Source: a virus (taxonomy: Duplodnaviria > Caudoviricetes). From it: a stretch of 64,000 bases of DNA. The notes beneath the pieces are model-generated. The model did no database searches. It was not told the origin of the DNA and saw only the letters and a program-made list of their open reading frames with translations. Shown here one piece after another: positions 1-9,621 of this stretch; position 1 is the first letter of the stretch; each line of letters begins with the position of its first letter. A program made the translations under genes and the position numbers. The DNA lies in the IMG/VR virus record IMGVR_UViG_3300046009_002028, positions 273-64,272 of that record, one strand, 5' to 3'.

Positions 1-48
1 CCCAAACGCTTGCCAATAGCACTGAATGTATTCGATTAAGACTTGCAT

Positions 49-249
49 TTATTCTTCACTTGCTACTGATAAGTACTTAATAAGTACATCGATTGCGGCT
101 ATGATGTTTGCGTCATAATCTGCGTCCGCTTGTATCAGTGGGTCAAATTCCTGTATTGATTTTTTAGTGCTTTTCAAATGCGTCAGCACGATTGAGTCCA
201 TCAGTTCGTACACTGCACCTTCATCATCAAACTCTAGTGTTAATTTCAT
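49..249 (-). CDS. hypothetical phage protein
   Basis: ORF with GGAG RBS, collinear with neighbouring minus-strand genes. Confidence 0.7.
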   Translation of the reverse strand: MKLTLEFDDEGAVYELMDSIVLTHLKSTKKSIQEFDPLIQADADYDANIIAAIDVLIKYLSVASEE

Positions 250-422
250 ACTTCTACTCCTTCGTTGTGTAAGTCTAGCTCGTCGATATCTATCTCGGAT
301 TCTTTACCGCTAGGTAGCTTGCCTATAATAGATGTTGGAAAGTGTCCTGTTTTAATTACCTCAATCACACACTCGCCCTTTTTCCACCATACCCATCTTG
401 GCATTGTTCGTTTGTTTGACAT
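246..422 (-). CDS. small hypothetical protein (58 aa, MSNKRTMPRWVWWKKG...), not in ORF track
   Basis: Read manually; fills the gap between 424..645 and 49..249, with ATGA stop/start overlap. Confidence 0.6.
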   Translation of the reverse strand: MSNKRTMPRWVWWKKGECVIEVIKTGHFPTSIIGKLPSGKESEIDIDELDLHNEGVEV

Positions 423-423
423 G

Positions 424-645
424 TTAGTGTCCTTTCTTTGGTTGTCTAAAGCCGTTGGGTACTTGCCCTGCGGTCATGTTCTGCATTACCAACATCAACT
501 GCTCGATTACTTTTTGGTGGTCGTCGAGCCTAGCCTGCATACCTAGTAGCCCCTCGTGCATAGCCGTTAGTGTGCCGCGTATTTCTGCGTCTGTTAGTGG
601 TATTCCTGCACCTTGTGTCATAATTTCTCTACCCCATTTTTCCAA
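424..645 (-). CDS. hypothetical protein (coiled-coil); start may be a downstream Met
   Basis: ORF in operon context. Confidence 0.6.
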   Translation of the reverse strand: MEKWGREIMTQGAGIPLTDAEIRGTLTAMHEGLLGMQARLDDHQKVIEQLMLVMQNMTAGQVPNGFRQPKKGH

Positions 646-977
646 TGTACTAAAAACTTCTTAAACTTCTCAACGGTGTCACCTAAAGCGCGGATTATTC
701 CATCATTGCCCATTCGCCAAAACTTGTCAATGACCATGACTCCCTCGTCCGTATGCCCTTGAATGATAAGCACCACAAACTTGTCGTCAATCTTAGCAAG
801 TTGCTTAAGTAAAATACTCTGCCCTATGCTAAGGTCTTCACCCGCTCGCTTCCACTCACCTACCAAAAAATACCCATTGCGCTCTACTATCATATCCACG
901 TTTGATGGTAGTATCTTACCCATAACTCCAATCAAGTCCCGAAAGTCTACATGTAAAGCCTTTGGGTTACGCATCAT
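618..977 (-). CDS. hypothetical protein, possible PD-(D/E)XK nuclease fold
   Basis: SNVDMIVERNGYFLVGEWK resembles D...ExK, followed by S-x-GQ. Confidence 0.55.
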   Translation of the reverse strand: MMRNPKALHVDFRDLIGVMGKILPSNVDMIVERNGYFLVGEWKRAGEDLSIGQSILLKQLAKIDDKFVVLIIQGHTDEGVMVIDKFWRMGNDGIIRALGDTVEKFKKFLVHWKNGVEKL

Positions 978-1192
978 ATTTTGTTTCTCCCTTTAGAAAG
1001 GCGATACCGATTGGCTTCCTCGTCCTTAGTTACGAACAGATGCGGGTGGGTGCTTCTAGCTTGAGTTACTATGGCATCAATCATTTCAATGCGGGTTGGT
1101 GATGACCCTGCGGTTTCTCTTGCCGTTGCAGGAATATGACTGTCTGTTTTTTGTACTTCTTTTAATGCCTGTGCATAAAATGCAGGTAACAT
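974..1192 (-). CDS. hypothetical protein
   Basis: ORF with GGAG RBS and overlap coupling. Confidence 0.6.
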   Translation of the reverse strand: MLPAFYAQALKEVQKTDSHIPATARETAGSSPTRIEMIDAIVTQARSTHPHLFVTKDEEANRYRLSKGRNKI

Positions 1193-1218
1193 TTCATTCT
1201 CCTAATGTGTATTTATAC

Positions 1219-1635
1219 TTACCAAGGTTTGACTCGTCTTGCAAGTTCCTTAACAAATCGAACCGAGGTAAGCACTCGTTTATTTACAACAATGTCTTCA
1301 GTGGGGGGCGCAATGTCGGTATATCCCATGCGTAACGCAAGCGCAGGGTTTTCTCTGAATGACACTGGTACGTCGACTATGGTAGGTTTCCTTGCGTATG
1401 GTGTATCGTCCCCCTCACGCTCGGTTACCGTAAAGTAAGTATTACTACCCACTCCATACTTGAATACCAATCCCTGCTCGACTAGCAATTTCATGCATGT
1501 CTTTATGTCATCCCTAGAAAAACCCTGTGCAACCAGACTTTTGCCAGTACGGTCGCCTTGCAATACTTCGGTGTATAATTCCAATCGTATTTTATCAAGG
1601 TCGACCGTTGGTATAAATGTGGCTACGTTGTCCAT
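1219..1635 (-). CDS. hypothetical protein, possible winged helix
   Basis: ORF; LLVEQGLV followed by a beta-hairpin-like segment. Confidence 0.55.
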   Translation of the reverse strand: MDNVATFIPTVDLDKIRLELYTEVLQGDRTGKSLVAQGFSRDDIKTCMKLLVEQGLVFKYGVGSNTYFTVTEREGDDTPYARKPTIVDVPVSFRENPALALRMGYTDIAPPTEDIVVNKRVLTSVRFVKELARRVKPW

Positions 1636-1805
1636 GCTAGCCCCAGTAGAACCGCAATGAATAGGGCAATCATTACCCCACCCCTGTTGGTGTGTTGTGG
1701 CTCATCGGCAAACTCTGCACCTGTCCATGCATCGGTGCGCCTAAAGCGATAGTTATCCTCATGGTAGTTCGGTCTATAGTTCATCGTCTGCCTCCAGTTC
1801 CTCAA
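1623..1805 (-). CDS. small membrane protein
   Basis: C-terminal hydrophobic stretch VMIALFIAVLLGLAW. Confidence 0.55.
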   Translation of the reverse strand: MRNWRQTMNYRPNYHEDNYRFRRTDAWTGAEFADEPQHTNRGGVMIALFIAVLLGLAWTT

Positions 1806-1951
1806 TCGAGTCTTGTATTAGGGTGTCCGCCAACGATAGATTGTCGGCGATTGATTTGTGGTCTGAGCAATAGCTTGAGTTGTATGCAGTGGATATCAAT
1901 AACTGCGCATTGACAAGCCTGTCCATCATCGCTTGTTTCTCAGTGACCATA

Positions 1952-2413
1952 TCACACTCCCTCTAATTTATTGGCATACCACGCTAACTTGCCCGCATCT
2001 ACTGACCCGAGCTTATGACCTAGCCTGCTTGAGTATTTGATGCAGTTGCCCATAAGATAACCACGATACTCGTCTGCCGATAGCTTGGCTTTGATAAAGT
2101 CAATCGTTTCAATACCCCCTACGGTGTAGTGTGGTGGGCTGTTTACCATGTCTATGGGTTGCTTCATGCGGATAGGTAGCTTAGGGTTCTGCGTAGGTAG
2201 GCTATCCATTAACTGCGCTAACTTGCTACGCCCTTTGGTTACTGCATATGCAAGGTCGGTTAAGGTGCTTGCTTTTTTCATTGCTGACTTGACTGTATAC
2301 ACCAGACCAATATCACAATTAGCCTTTTCTGCAATTTCCTTAGCCTGCAGGTTAGGGTTTTTGTATAAGATGTTTCTTACTCGTGCTGACCTACTTAATT
2401 TAATTGTTTTCAT
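1952..2413 (-). CDS. DUF3310 (SaV-like) domain protein with N-terminal HTH-like segment
   Basis: DMVNSPPHYTVGGIETIDFI...YLMGNCIKYSSR...K.AWY signature. Confidence 0.85.
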   Translation of the reverse strand: MKTIKLSRSARVRNILYKNPNLQAKEIAEKANCDIGLVYTVKSAMKKASTLTDLAYAVTKGRSKLAQLMDSLPTQNPKLPIRMKQPIDMVNSPPHYTVGGIETIDFIKAKLSADEYRGYLMGNCIKYSSRLGHKLGSVDAGKLAWYANKLEGV

Positions 2414-2433
2414 TTTTGATTCTCCGTTATTGA

Positions 2434-2658
2434 TTAGTCATAAATCCAAAATACTACGTCATTGACCCGTTGCCCTATATTGTTTATGTCATCGGGCGGG
2501 GTCACTAGTTTTAATGCTGATAGCTTCACATGTATATCCTCGGGCAAATTGTCCTCGGTTGCATACTCGGTTGTTGATGCTACCTGTCCTTCTTTATACT
2601 CAATTACTTTGATGAGCTTAAGTTGCTCATCCTCTCGGGGTAAATGAATTTCTAGCAC
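2434..2658 (-). CDS. hypothetical protein
   Basis: ORF with AGGAG RBS downstream of the promoter at 2703-2731. Confidence 0.6.
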   Translation of the reverse strand: MLEIHLPREDEQLKLIKVIEYKEGQVASTTEYATEDNLPEDIHVKLSALKLVTPPDDINNIGQRVNDVVFWIYD

Positions 2659-2702
2659 ACGATACTCTCCTTTATAGACAGCTACTCTGTCATTGGTCTT
2701 AA

Positions 2703-2731
2703 ATGGTATGCCGTTAATTTATGCATGTCAA
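2703..2731 (-). promoter_or_regulatory. sigma70-like promoter TTGACA-17-TACCAT
   Basis: Minus strand reads ttgaca tgcataaattaacggca taccat; intergenic. Confidence 0.65.
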
Positions 2732-2737
2732 ATTTAT

Positions 2738-2878
2738 TTAATCATCATCGTCGTCGTCCTCCTCTACTTCCTCAGTCTTGTAGCTAACACCTACTAAGTA
2801 TTTCTCAACCATGTCTTTTATCATCTCAGTCGCTTGTTCCTCTGATTGTGCATACCATGTTGCTCTTACTCTAATCAT
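2738..2878 (-). CDS. 46-aa acidic protein (MIRVRATWYAQSEEQA...EEVEEDDDDDD), not in ORF track
   Basis: Read manually; AGGAGA RBS; overlaps the stop of the upstream gene. Confidence 0.65.
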   Translation of the reverse strand: MIRVRATWYAQSEEQATEMIKDMVEKYLVGVSYKTEEVEEDDDDDD

Positions 2879-3095
2879 CGTCGTTCTCCTCTGTTGTTGG
2901 GTATAAATTGTCTGCGGTATATCTAATCACATCCCAGTTAATACCGTCATTTGCGTCAAAATTAGACCCCATTATTTCCAATACGTGAATGCATTGGTCT
3001 TCATCTAAGTCGGGGCGAACATTCTGCACGTCCTCGATGTGCCAATCATCTGATAGATACCATACCCCTGTTTCAGTTTGTTTCATGTGTGCCAT
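2871..3095 (-). CDS. small acidic hypothetical protein
   Basis: GGAGG RBS; W.IEDV...FDA..GINW pattern. Confidence 0.75.
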   Translation of the reverse strand: MAHMKQTETGVWYLSDDWHIEDVQNVRPDLDEDQCIHVLEIMGSNFDANDGINWDVIRYTADNLYPTTEENDDD

Positions 3096-3176
3096 TTCTA
3101 TCCTCCTAAGTTAAAGTAAACAACTACTACTGCTATCACTACACATACCCAAAAAACTACTACATCTAATTGGTCA

Positions 3177-3392
3177 TTAGTCATACTCTATCTCCTCTAT
3201 GTGGTCAATCTCTACATCACCTTGATAACTCAAGTCCTCCCATGTGTATATGTGGTCTTGTGCTAACTGCTCGGCTGTATCTCGGTCATCGGCCTTAACT
3301 ACTATGTTGTAATAGCCTGTCATCCGCACCGCAACAGTATAGGTTCTGATACCCATAAGTTTGTCTACTGCCTGCTCTGTTTTATCTTTCAT
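3177..3392 (-). CDS. small acidic protein, DpnD/PcfM-like pattern; paralog of 9337..9600
   Basis: AVDKL.G..TY.V...V.A.D.D.A...A.DH shared with 9337..9600. Confidence 0.7.
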   Translation of the reverse strand: MKDKTEQAVDKLMGIRTYTVAVRMTGYYNIVVKADDRDTAEQLAQDHIYTWEDLSYQGDVEIDHIEEIEYD

Positions 3393-3571
3393 GGTAGTTC
3401 CTTTACATTAAATATATCAATAATGTTTCTGTGGCTATCGCCTATGCGTTGGGCGAGCATGGCTACGGCATTAAACGCACTGTCCGAGTTAATAGGCTGA
3501 AGTGTTATCAGTCTTTCAGACCTTTTGCCAAATAGATTGCTTACTTCATACTCAATCTCATACTTTTTCAT
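3389..3571 (-). CDS. hypothetical protein
   Basis: ATGA-coupled ORF. Confidence 0.65.
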   Translation of the reverse strand: MKKYEIEYEVSNLFGKRSERLITLQPINSDSAFNAVAMLAQRIGDSHRNIIDIFNVKELP

Positions 3572-4296
3572 GATATTTCTCCTATTGGTAACTCTATTGA
3601 ACGATACACAGTCCCTGCTTTATATAGCATGGCTTTTATTTGTTCGTATGATTTTGGGGGGCGGCTTACATACCATCTGTCGTATGCCAAAGCACCTAGC
3701 ACATCGATGTAATCATTCTCGGTATACTCCTCGGGGTTGGATAGAAACCTATTGTTACGCCATATCGGTGCATCTCTATCGGGCTTAGGTATATCCATAC
3801 CCAATGTATCTATAAACACACGGGCAAAATCCATGAACGCCTTATACTGCCCACGTTTTATTTTAGTAGGGGGTTTATCCACAAGTTGTTTATAGTTATG
3901 CACTGCGCCTGTAACTACCCCATCTTTAATTGTTATTGGGGAACTACCCAAACGGTATTGTTTCATTGGGTTGCTCAATACTACATGAATTGCGCTATGC
4001 ACCATCCATACGTTACACCAATTAGGTAGGCATGCTTGGATAAAGTCTTTTGTTGATTGTGTATGCCAATTATCACAGTTAACTTCAACCGTGCCGTCCC
4101 TATAATAAGTTACACAGTCTGTCCGATATAATCGGCATGAGTATTTGTCATCACTGTGCTTAATCATCTCCATGTGCTTGTTGCGTCTGTTGTCTATCGG
4201 TCGGCATGTCTGCCCTCTAATAGGCTTGACCTCTGCATATCGTTTCTCTATATCAGCAAAGCTACTGATATGTGAATTTAATCTGTATCCATACAT
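3568..4296 (-). CDS. hypothetical early protein
   Basis: 242-aa ORF with AGGAG RBS. Confidence 0.8.
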   Translation of the reverse strand: MYGYRLNSHISSFADIEKRYAEVKPIRGQTCRPIDNRRNKHMEMIKHSDDKYSCRLYRTDCVTYYRDGTVEVNCDNWHTQSTKDFIQACLPNWCNVWMVHSAIHVVLSNPMKQYRLGSSPITIKDGVVTGAVHNYKQLVDKPPTKIKRGQYKAFMDFARVFIDTLGMDIPKPDRDAPIWRNNRFLSNPEEYTENDYIDVLGALAYDRWYVSRPPKSYEQIKAMLYKAGTVYRSIELPIGEIS

Positions 4297-4308
4297 AATA
4301 ATTCTCCT

Positions 4309-4698
4309 TTAGTTATACCATTCAATGGTGCGTGATACATACGGCGAGTCTATATAATCGTTACCAAAATATTCCTCCTCAATATCCCCAACGTCCTCGC
4401 CTATCCTTACGAACTTACCGCAAAGGTTTGACATTGGGTCGTCTGTTGATGAAGCCTCGTTATACATCTCCTCAATTTCTTTATACCATTTGTCCAGCTT
4501 ATCTACGTCCTCATACCCGTCATACCACTTGACATCATGAACTGCGAACTTGATGTAATCGTCCCCAAACGTAAACGCCTCTGCCCAGTAGTCAGTAGCA
4601 AATATCTCGGGCATTGTTAGTTTCATTTTGGCTACAATCGAAGCAATTATTGCTTCATCACCTGTTACCATCATTGCTACACTGCTTCTATATCCCAT
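4309..4698 (-). CDS. acidic hypothetical protein (MGYRS...KWY...FVRIGED type)
   Basis: ORF with RBS; acidic composition. Confidence 0.8.
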   Translation of the reverse strand: MGYRSSVAMMVTGDEAIIASIVAKMKLTMPEIFATDYWAEAFTFGDDYIKFAVHDVKWYDGYEDVDKLDKWYKEIEEMYNEASSTDDPMSNLCGKFVRIGEDVGDIEEEYFGNDYIDSPYVSRTIEWYN

Positions 4699-4913
4699 AT
4701 CGTTCTCCCTTGATTTAGTTCCTCAATTACCCAATCCCACCCACGTTCCATTGCGCTGTCCTCGGTCATTGCTGATGACGATATAATTATCATCTCCTGC
4801 TGTCCCTCATACTTTATGTATGATGTCCAAGTGCCTCGTTCATGGGGATTTTGTTTTGCTACTACGCCGTATCCAAGTAGCTTGCCTACTGCTAATAGTT
4901 CGTTCTTATCCAT
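4677..4913 (-). CDS. hypothetical protein
   Basis: ORF overlapping both neighbours. Confidence 0.6.
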   Translation of the reverse strand: MDKNELLAVGKLLGYGVVAKQNPHERGTWTSYIKYEGQQEMIIISSSAMTEDSAMERGWDWVIEELNQGRTIWDIEAV

Positions 4914-5473
4914 TCCTCATACTCCTCTGTTGATTTACGGTATTCGTCCTCACACTCAAGGGTTTTGATTATGTCGTGATGTGCGTCGTCAATTATGCCC
5001 TCAACTGTTTTTATCCAATGGCTAACATTGTTTGCGCCCTCGGCTTGTATTAACTCGTTGATAGGTAACCCCACAAATAGTCCAGTCGCAAACACATAAT
5101 CATGCCCATACACCTCATCATCAAATCGATAGTCATTCCCATTCTCATTGCGTAAGGCGTCCCATGTAACTCTATACAGTCCTTCGCGTAGCACCTCGGT
5201 CATCACTGCTGATGCGTTCATAAGCACATCGTGGTGTTCTGTAAAGAACTTTGCATTAGGTCGCAATGTCCCCTTACTCGCACAGGTTCTGCGATACAGG
5301 TCGAAACATACATCTTTCTTTTCAATGTCAATCCCATACTCATTGTCGAGGTAGGTGCATTGGTCATCTAATATCCAATCCCACCAATCGTAGTCGTCAT
5401 CTTGCATAGCGCAAAATTCCTCGTAACTTGGCACAGACACTGGTTCTGCGTTATTTGTAGATGCGTCGCTCAT
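4892..5473 (-). CDS. highly acidic hypothetical protein
   Basis: 193-aa ORF, AGGAG RBS, DDDYDWWDW motif. Confidence 0.75.
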   Translation of the reverse strand: MSDASTNNAEPVSVPSYEEFCAMQDDDYDWWDWILDDQCTYLDNEYGIDIEKKDVCFDLYRRTCASKGTLRPNAKFFTEHHDVLMNASAVMTEVLREGLYRVTWDALRNENGNDYRFDDEVYGHDYVFATGLFVGLPINELIQAEGANNVSHWIKTVEGIIDDAHHDIIKTLECEDEYRKSTEEYEEWIRTNY

Positions 5474-5590
5474 AATGTGTTACTCCTAACCATGATTTAA
5501 CGGTATGTGTCCGCTTGTGTATAAGTCTTGCTATGTTCTTATACGGAACACCCTCGCATTTCAATTTCAAAAACCTACTCGGGTCGATAG

Positions 5591-5812
5591 TCATACTGCC
5601 TCCCTAATTGCTTGTAGTGCCTTATCGGTTAACCGAAAGGTAGTGTGTGGTGGGGCAAACCCTTGTTGTAAATACTCACTGTCTGCGTATTCGTTTAGGA
5701 TAAAGAACCGAAGTAGATTGGCATTCTCTAAGTCGTTGAACGATACATACTCTTGACCAAACAACAATGCCCATGTGCTAAGCCCCTCGAGGGCTTTTTT
5801 AGGTAGCGTCAT
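5591..5812 (-). CDS. hypothetical protein
   Basis: TAATG-coupled to the VWA gene. Confidence 0.6.
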   Translation of the reverse strand: MTLPKKALEGLSTWALLFGQEYVSFNDLENANLLRFFILNEYADSEYLQQGFAPPHTTFRLTDKALQAIREAV

Positions 5813-7035
5813 TAGAAGTCCCCCTCTACATTAATACGCACTGTCTTACCATGCGGTGCTACTACGTCCGTAGTCATTATCCATAGTGATGGGATATCGA
5901 ACACAGGGAAGCTATCCACATAGCCATCGCTAATCATAAGCAAGCACTCGTGGTTCATAGTCTTGTTAGCGGTTAGCCAGTCGGCAACACACTGTGGGCT
6001 AGTGCCACCACCACCCTTAGCGCGTAGCACATTGTCGATATTGTCATACTGACCCTGCTCGAAAGACTGCACACTGCACACCTCGTTATCCCACCAAATC
6101 ACATCAAGCCCTGCAGGGTTGACCTCTATGCATAACTTCTTAACCTCACCCATGCTACGCGCTATGATGTCGCCACCGATACTGCCCGATGCGTCAATCC
6201 CCACTGCAAGTCGTCCGCATGTTGTTGATACTGCGCTAGGGAAGTAACCGACATGGAACATGCGTCTGTTAATCTTAGACCAACTGCTCTCGTCGCGCCC
6301 TGCCATGACTTGCTTGAGGAACTCTGCCATCTCTTTCTTGTAGTCCACCTTGCCGTCAAGCATGCCGTCGAATAGTCGTGATTGGTTGCCGTCCATCTTG
6401 CCTGCCAATGACTTACCTTGTCGGATAGCAATCTCGATGTCTTTCTCTAGGCTAGCTTTCTCGTCATCGGATAGGTCGCCACCCTCCCAGTCATGTTCGT
6501 CAGTGCCACCCGATTTAGGGTAGCCCTCGGTAATCTCGTTACCGTTATTATCTTTAGGGTTATCACCTTGACCACCGCCACCATCACCGCCATCGCCACC
6601 CTCATCGTCGCCTTGTTCCTTACCCTCGAGGTCTTTGAATATCGCGGTAACTGTCCAACCATAATACTTAGGATTGTATAGCCCACCCTTAATCATCTTG
6701 ATAAAACCCTTACGCGCATCTTGCTTGATAAGCTCACCGTTAATCCAGTAATCACACGCGGCATTAGCGCGTTGCCCATCTAAGGTATGCATAGCTTTGT
6801 ATACATACATGTGTCGTGCCATCTTGTGCATGTTCTCATGCAAGATAAGAAAGCGTAGCTCGGGGTCGGGCAAGTCATTGCAGAACTCTGCGCCATACCA
6901 CACATTCTTACCATCAGTGCATGCTGTCGGTGTGTCATCAACTTTCCATGTGCCGAAGCACAACACACCACTCATTGCTACCCAGTCGGGGTTACCCATT
7001 ATGGATATGTATTGCTTTTTGATATTCTTAACCAT
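5812..7035 (-). CDS. DUF2201-type putative metallopeptidase plus VWA domain protein
   Basis: TACTDG, HENMH (HExxH), N.A.D..IN, acidic linker, MIDAS DASGS, GGGGT, SDGY. Confidence 0.9.
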   Translation of the reverse strand: MVKNIKKQYISIMGNPDWVAMSGVLCFGTWKVDDTPTACTDGKNVWYGAEFCNDLPDPELRFLILHENMHKMARHMYVYKAMHTLDGQRANAACDYWINGELIKQDARKGFIKMIKGGLYNPKYYGWTVTAIFKDLEGKEQGDDEGGDGGDGGGGQGDNPKDNNGNEITEGYPKSGGTDEHDWEGGDLSDDEKASLEKDIEIAIRQGKSLAGKMDGNQSRLFDGMLDGKVDYKKEMAEFLKQVMAGRDESSWSKINRRMFHVGYFPSAVSTTCGRLAVGIDASGSIGGDIIARSMGEVKKLCIEVNPAGLDVIWWDNEVCSVQSFEQGQYDNIDNVLRAKGGGGTSPQCVADWLTANKTMNHECLLMISDGYVDSFPVFDIPSLWIMTTDVVAPHGKTVRINVEGDF

Positions 7036-7054
7036 GATATATCTCCTTAGTAAT

Positions 7055-7070
7055 CCTCTTATATAAGAGG
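7055..7070. repeat. palindrome CCTCTTATATAAGAGG, copy 1
   Basis: Perfect 16-bp palindrome upstream of the VWA gene RBS. Confidence 0.9.
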
Positions 7071-7074
7071 AAAT

Positions 7075-7350
7075 TTATAACGCTTGCATATAAAGTTTGC
7101 GGTTGTAGTATTCCAAATTTTTCAGTATGTCTAATAGAATATTTTCAACCGTTTGTTGACGCCTTCTTAATGGCTGAATCCGACTCATTTCAAAACGAAA
7201 GTCAATGTGTTTCTCAAGTGTTATCGGGCTTTCCACCATGCATGTGGGACGCATTATGTAATACTGCCGTGCGTCCCTTACAATTTTTAAGTCGTATAAC
7301 TTAAGCACATCGTTGGCAGATTTTACTGATACCTTTGCCATGATTACCAA
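7075..7350 (-). CDS. hypothetical protein
   Basis: ORF in operon. Confidence 0.55.
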   Translation of the reverse strand: MVIMAKVSVKSANDVLKLYDLKIVRDARQYYIMRPTCMVESPITLEKHIDFRFEMSRIQPLRRRQQTVENILLDILKNLEYYNRKLYMQAL

Positions 7351-8204
7351 CCCAATTTGTCGTGCAAGGTATCAACGCTAGCCTTTACCTTATTACGCAG
7401 TCCATCAGAACTCTTGAGGTCGTCAGTCGTAACACCCATCAGTGCCTCCTCTAGTTTCTGTCTAGCCCAGTCAAGGTCGGGGTCGTTCGTTACATTCATT
7501 ACCTTGAGCATTTCGCATAGCTCTACTGCGTTATCTAAGACGCTGTCGTATATCTTTTTCTTGCCACCGTCCTCGTTATCCGCGTAGCGTTCGCTGATAT
7601 GCTTAGTAACTTTATACAATCTATCCCATAGGTCGCCCATTGCCTGTGCTGTGCGTTCCTCATACACTCGGGCATACTCTTTGCTTAGCTCGTCTGCAAT
7701 GTCATGCCCTACATCTACTCGGAAATCACCGCGTTCGGGTAACGGCACGAAACAGAACTTGAAGTTGAACCTGTCCAAGATAGTGTGTGCATCGGGATAC
7801 TCACTGCGGTCGAACATAGTCCCCATACGAAACGCTTGCGCTGATACCAAGCTCGGATAGATTACTGCGAAGTCATTGGCTAACTGGCTCATCTCTCCAG
7901 CCTTAGTGTTTAGCCAGTCCTTTACTGGTATGAAGTTACGGATATCACACAGACGCTGACCGCCATCATTCCAAGGCAATGTCTTAGCGTAGAACTCCAC
8001 GCGAGTGTTGGCTACCCACTTCTGTATCTTTTCTAACTGCTCGACGCCTGCGAACAATGACTTGTTGAAACGCCCTGCTTGGTCGTCCGCACCTTTGGCT
8101 GTCGTTACCTCTTTAGAAACTTTCTTATCTAGTTTGCGGAAGCTAGGCACACTGATGTTTAGCTCGCATAGTATTGCTTGATTGCTTAAGTTGATTTTGT
8201 CCAT
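7344..8204 (-). CDS. helical protein associated with the AAA/VWA pair (DUF3150-like, tentative)
   Basis: 286-aa ORF between the ATPase and VWA genes; TLPW, F..(S)EYP and N.TNDP motifs. Confidence 0.7.
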   Translation of the reverse strand: MDKINLSNQAILCELNISVPSFRKLDKKVSKEVTTAKGADDQAGRFNKSLFAGVEQLEKIQKWVANTRVEFYAKTLPWNDGGQRLCDIRNFIPVKDWLNTKAGEMSQLANDFAVIYPSLVSAQAFRMGTMFDRSEYPDAHTILDRFNFKFCFVPLPERGDFRVDVGHDIADELSKEYARVYEERTAQAMGDLWDRLYKVTKHISERYADNEDGGKKKIYDSVLDNAVELCEMLKVMNVTNDPDLDWARQKLEEALMGVTTDDLKSSDGLRNKVKASVDTLHDKLGW

Positions 8205-8244
8205 CTCGTTCTCCTATTATTTGATTGACACTGGGTCTTGAAAT

Positions 8245-8260
8245 CCTCTTATATAAGAGG
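8245..8260. repeat. palindrome CCTCTTATATAAGAGG, copy 2
   Basis: Exact copy, intergenic. Confidence 0.9.
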
Positions 8261-8269
8261 AAATCCCCA

Positions 8270-9340
8270 TTAGATAAATTCCTTAGTGAATGATGTTACC
8301 CAGTCGCGCATTGCTTGACTACGCATAGCGATGGTCGGCTTGCTTTTGAATATCATGCGTCCTGTTACGGCTTGTATCTCCGCCTCAAGTCTGCACATGT
8401 AAGTAGTCGTAGCGTCTGCGTTGTCATTGTCTAGCCCCGATGCTAGGCGAGTAGCTAACAACAACTGACTAGCTAGGCTGTCTGGCACACGCGCTTGGTC
8501 GGGTGTCTTATATATAGATGACCGAGTAGGTAGGCTGTCTGCTAGCTCTACTGTTGCCCATAATTCACCAGTAGCAGGTGCGCCTATCGCGCCACATATA
8601 TGCGCCATTGCTTGCGGTCTAGTTAGCTTGCCTGCCTCCATCATGTTGAGTGTGTTACTAGCAAACCAAAAGCTACGATTGGAACAAAACGCGCCTGTGT
8701 TGCTGTTAGGATTGAACACATACTTATTGGTCTTGCGTTCCTCCTCTGTCATGTCCACATAGCTAGCGCACACCTCGGGGTTCTCACCAATGAAATACAC
8801 AAGCGTTCCGTTCATACCTCGCGCAGTCCCGAACTCAACCACATCGTGCGCGGTCGGCTTACTCACATGATTGACATGCACACGATTATTTAACAGTGCT
8901 TGGAATGTATCGCCCACACCATCTGTCGTTAGGTTACTGGTAGCAAATACTATAGAACCCTTAGGGATTGGTTTGTCTGACACTGTGCGTTCTAGCAAGA
9001 ACCTAGTAATCATTGGTTTGGTAACGCCCGACATCTTGCCTATCTCGTCCACCATGTATAGCTGTGGCTTGTCGCTGTCCAAGTGCCAACGCTGATGATA
9101 GGCATTATGTGTTACACCATCTACCACGCTAGGCATGTAGAAGTCGGGGAAGTCAAGCAAGGGTGCGTCTAGATACACGCATTGGTCATCACCCCAACCA
9201 AGTTTGGCTAGTATCTCGTGGCGGATTGAACTCTTACCAATTCCCGGCTCGCCTAACAAGATTGTTGTCGTTACATCACCTGTTGCCGCGATGATTGAAG
9301 CCGCATCGGCTAGTGTTATTACATTATTGATACCATTCAT
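8270..9340 (-). CDS. MoxR-like AAA+ ATPase
   Basis: Walker A GEPGIGKS, Walker B YMVDE, sensor ATSN, arginine finger LNNR, SNRS. Confidence 0.9.
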   Translation of the reverse strand: MNGINNVITLADAASIIAATGDVTTTILLGEPGIGKSSIRHEILAKLGWGDDQCVYLDAPLLDFPDFYMPSVVDGVTHNAYHQRWHLDSDKPQLYMVDEIGKMSGVTKPMITRFLLERTVSDKPIPKGSIVFATSNLTTDGVGDTFQALLNNRVHVNHVSKPTAHDVVEFGTARGMNGTLVYFIGENPEVCASYVDMTEEERKTNKYVFNPNSNTGAFCSNRSFWFASNTLNMMEAGKLTRPQAMAHICGAIGAPATGELWATVELADSLPTRSSIYKTPDQARVPDSLASQLLLATRLASGLDNDNADATTTYMCRLEAEIQAVTGRMIFKSKPTIAMRSQAMRDWVTSFTKEFI

Positions 9341-9600
9341 TTTGTTTCTCCTTTGGTTGAATTAACTAATACTTGCTCTTCCTCTACTTCTACTGCATCA
9401 ATTTCAAAGTAATTGCCATCTACTATGTCGTCAAGCCCATAGGCATGGTCATGTGCGATTTCCCACGCCTCGTCATCATCATGCGCTTGGATTTTTACCT
9501 TGTAGGTTACTTCCTCTCGCGCATACACATAGTAGGTTTTTAGTCCTACTAACTTATCTACTGCTAACTGCACTGCTTCGTCTGTATTTTCTGTTGCCAT
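9337..9600 (-). CDS. small acidic protein, paralog of 3177..3392
   Basis: Shared AVDKL.G.KTY...A.D.DEA...A.DH. Confidence 0.7.
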   Translation of the reverse strand: MATENTDEAVQLAVDKLVGLKTYYVYAREEVTYKVKIQAHDDDEAWEIAHDHAYGLDDIVDGNYFEIDAVEVEEEQVLVNSTKGETK

Positions 9601-9621
9601 CGTTATTCCTTTCGTTAAAAA

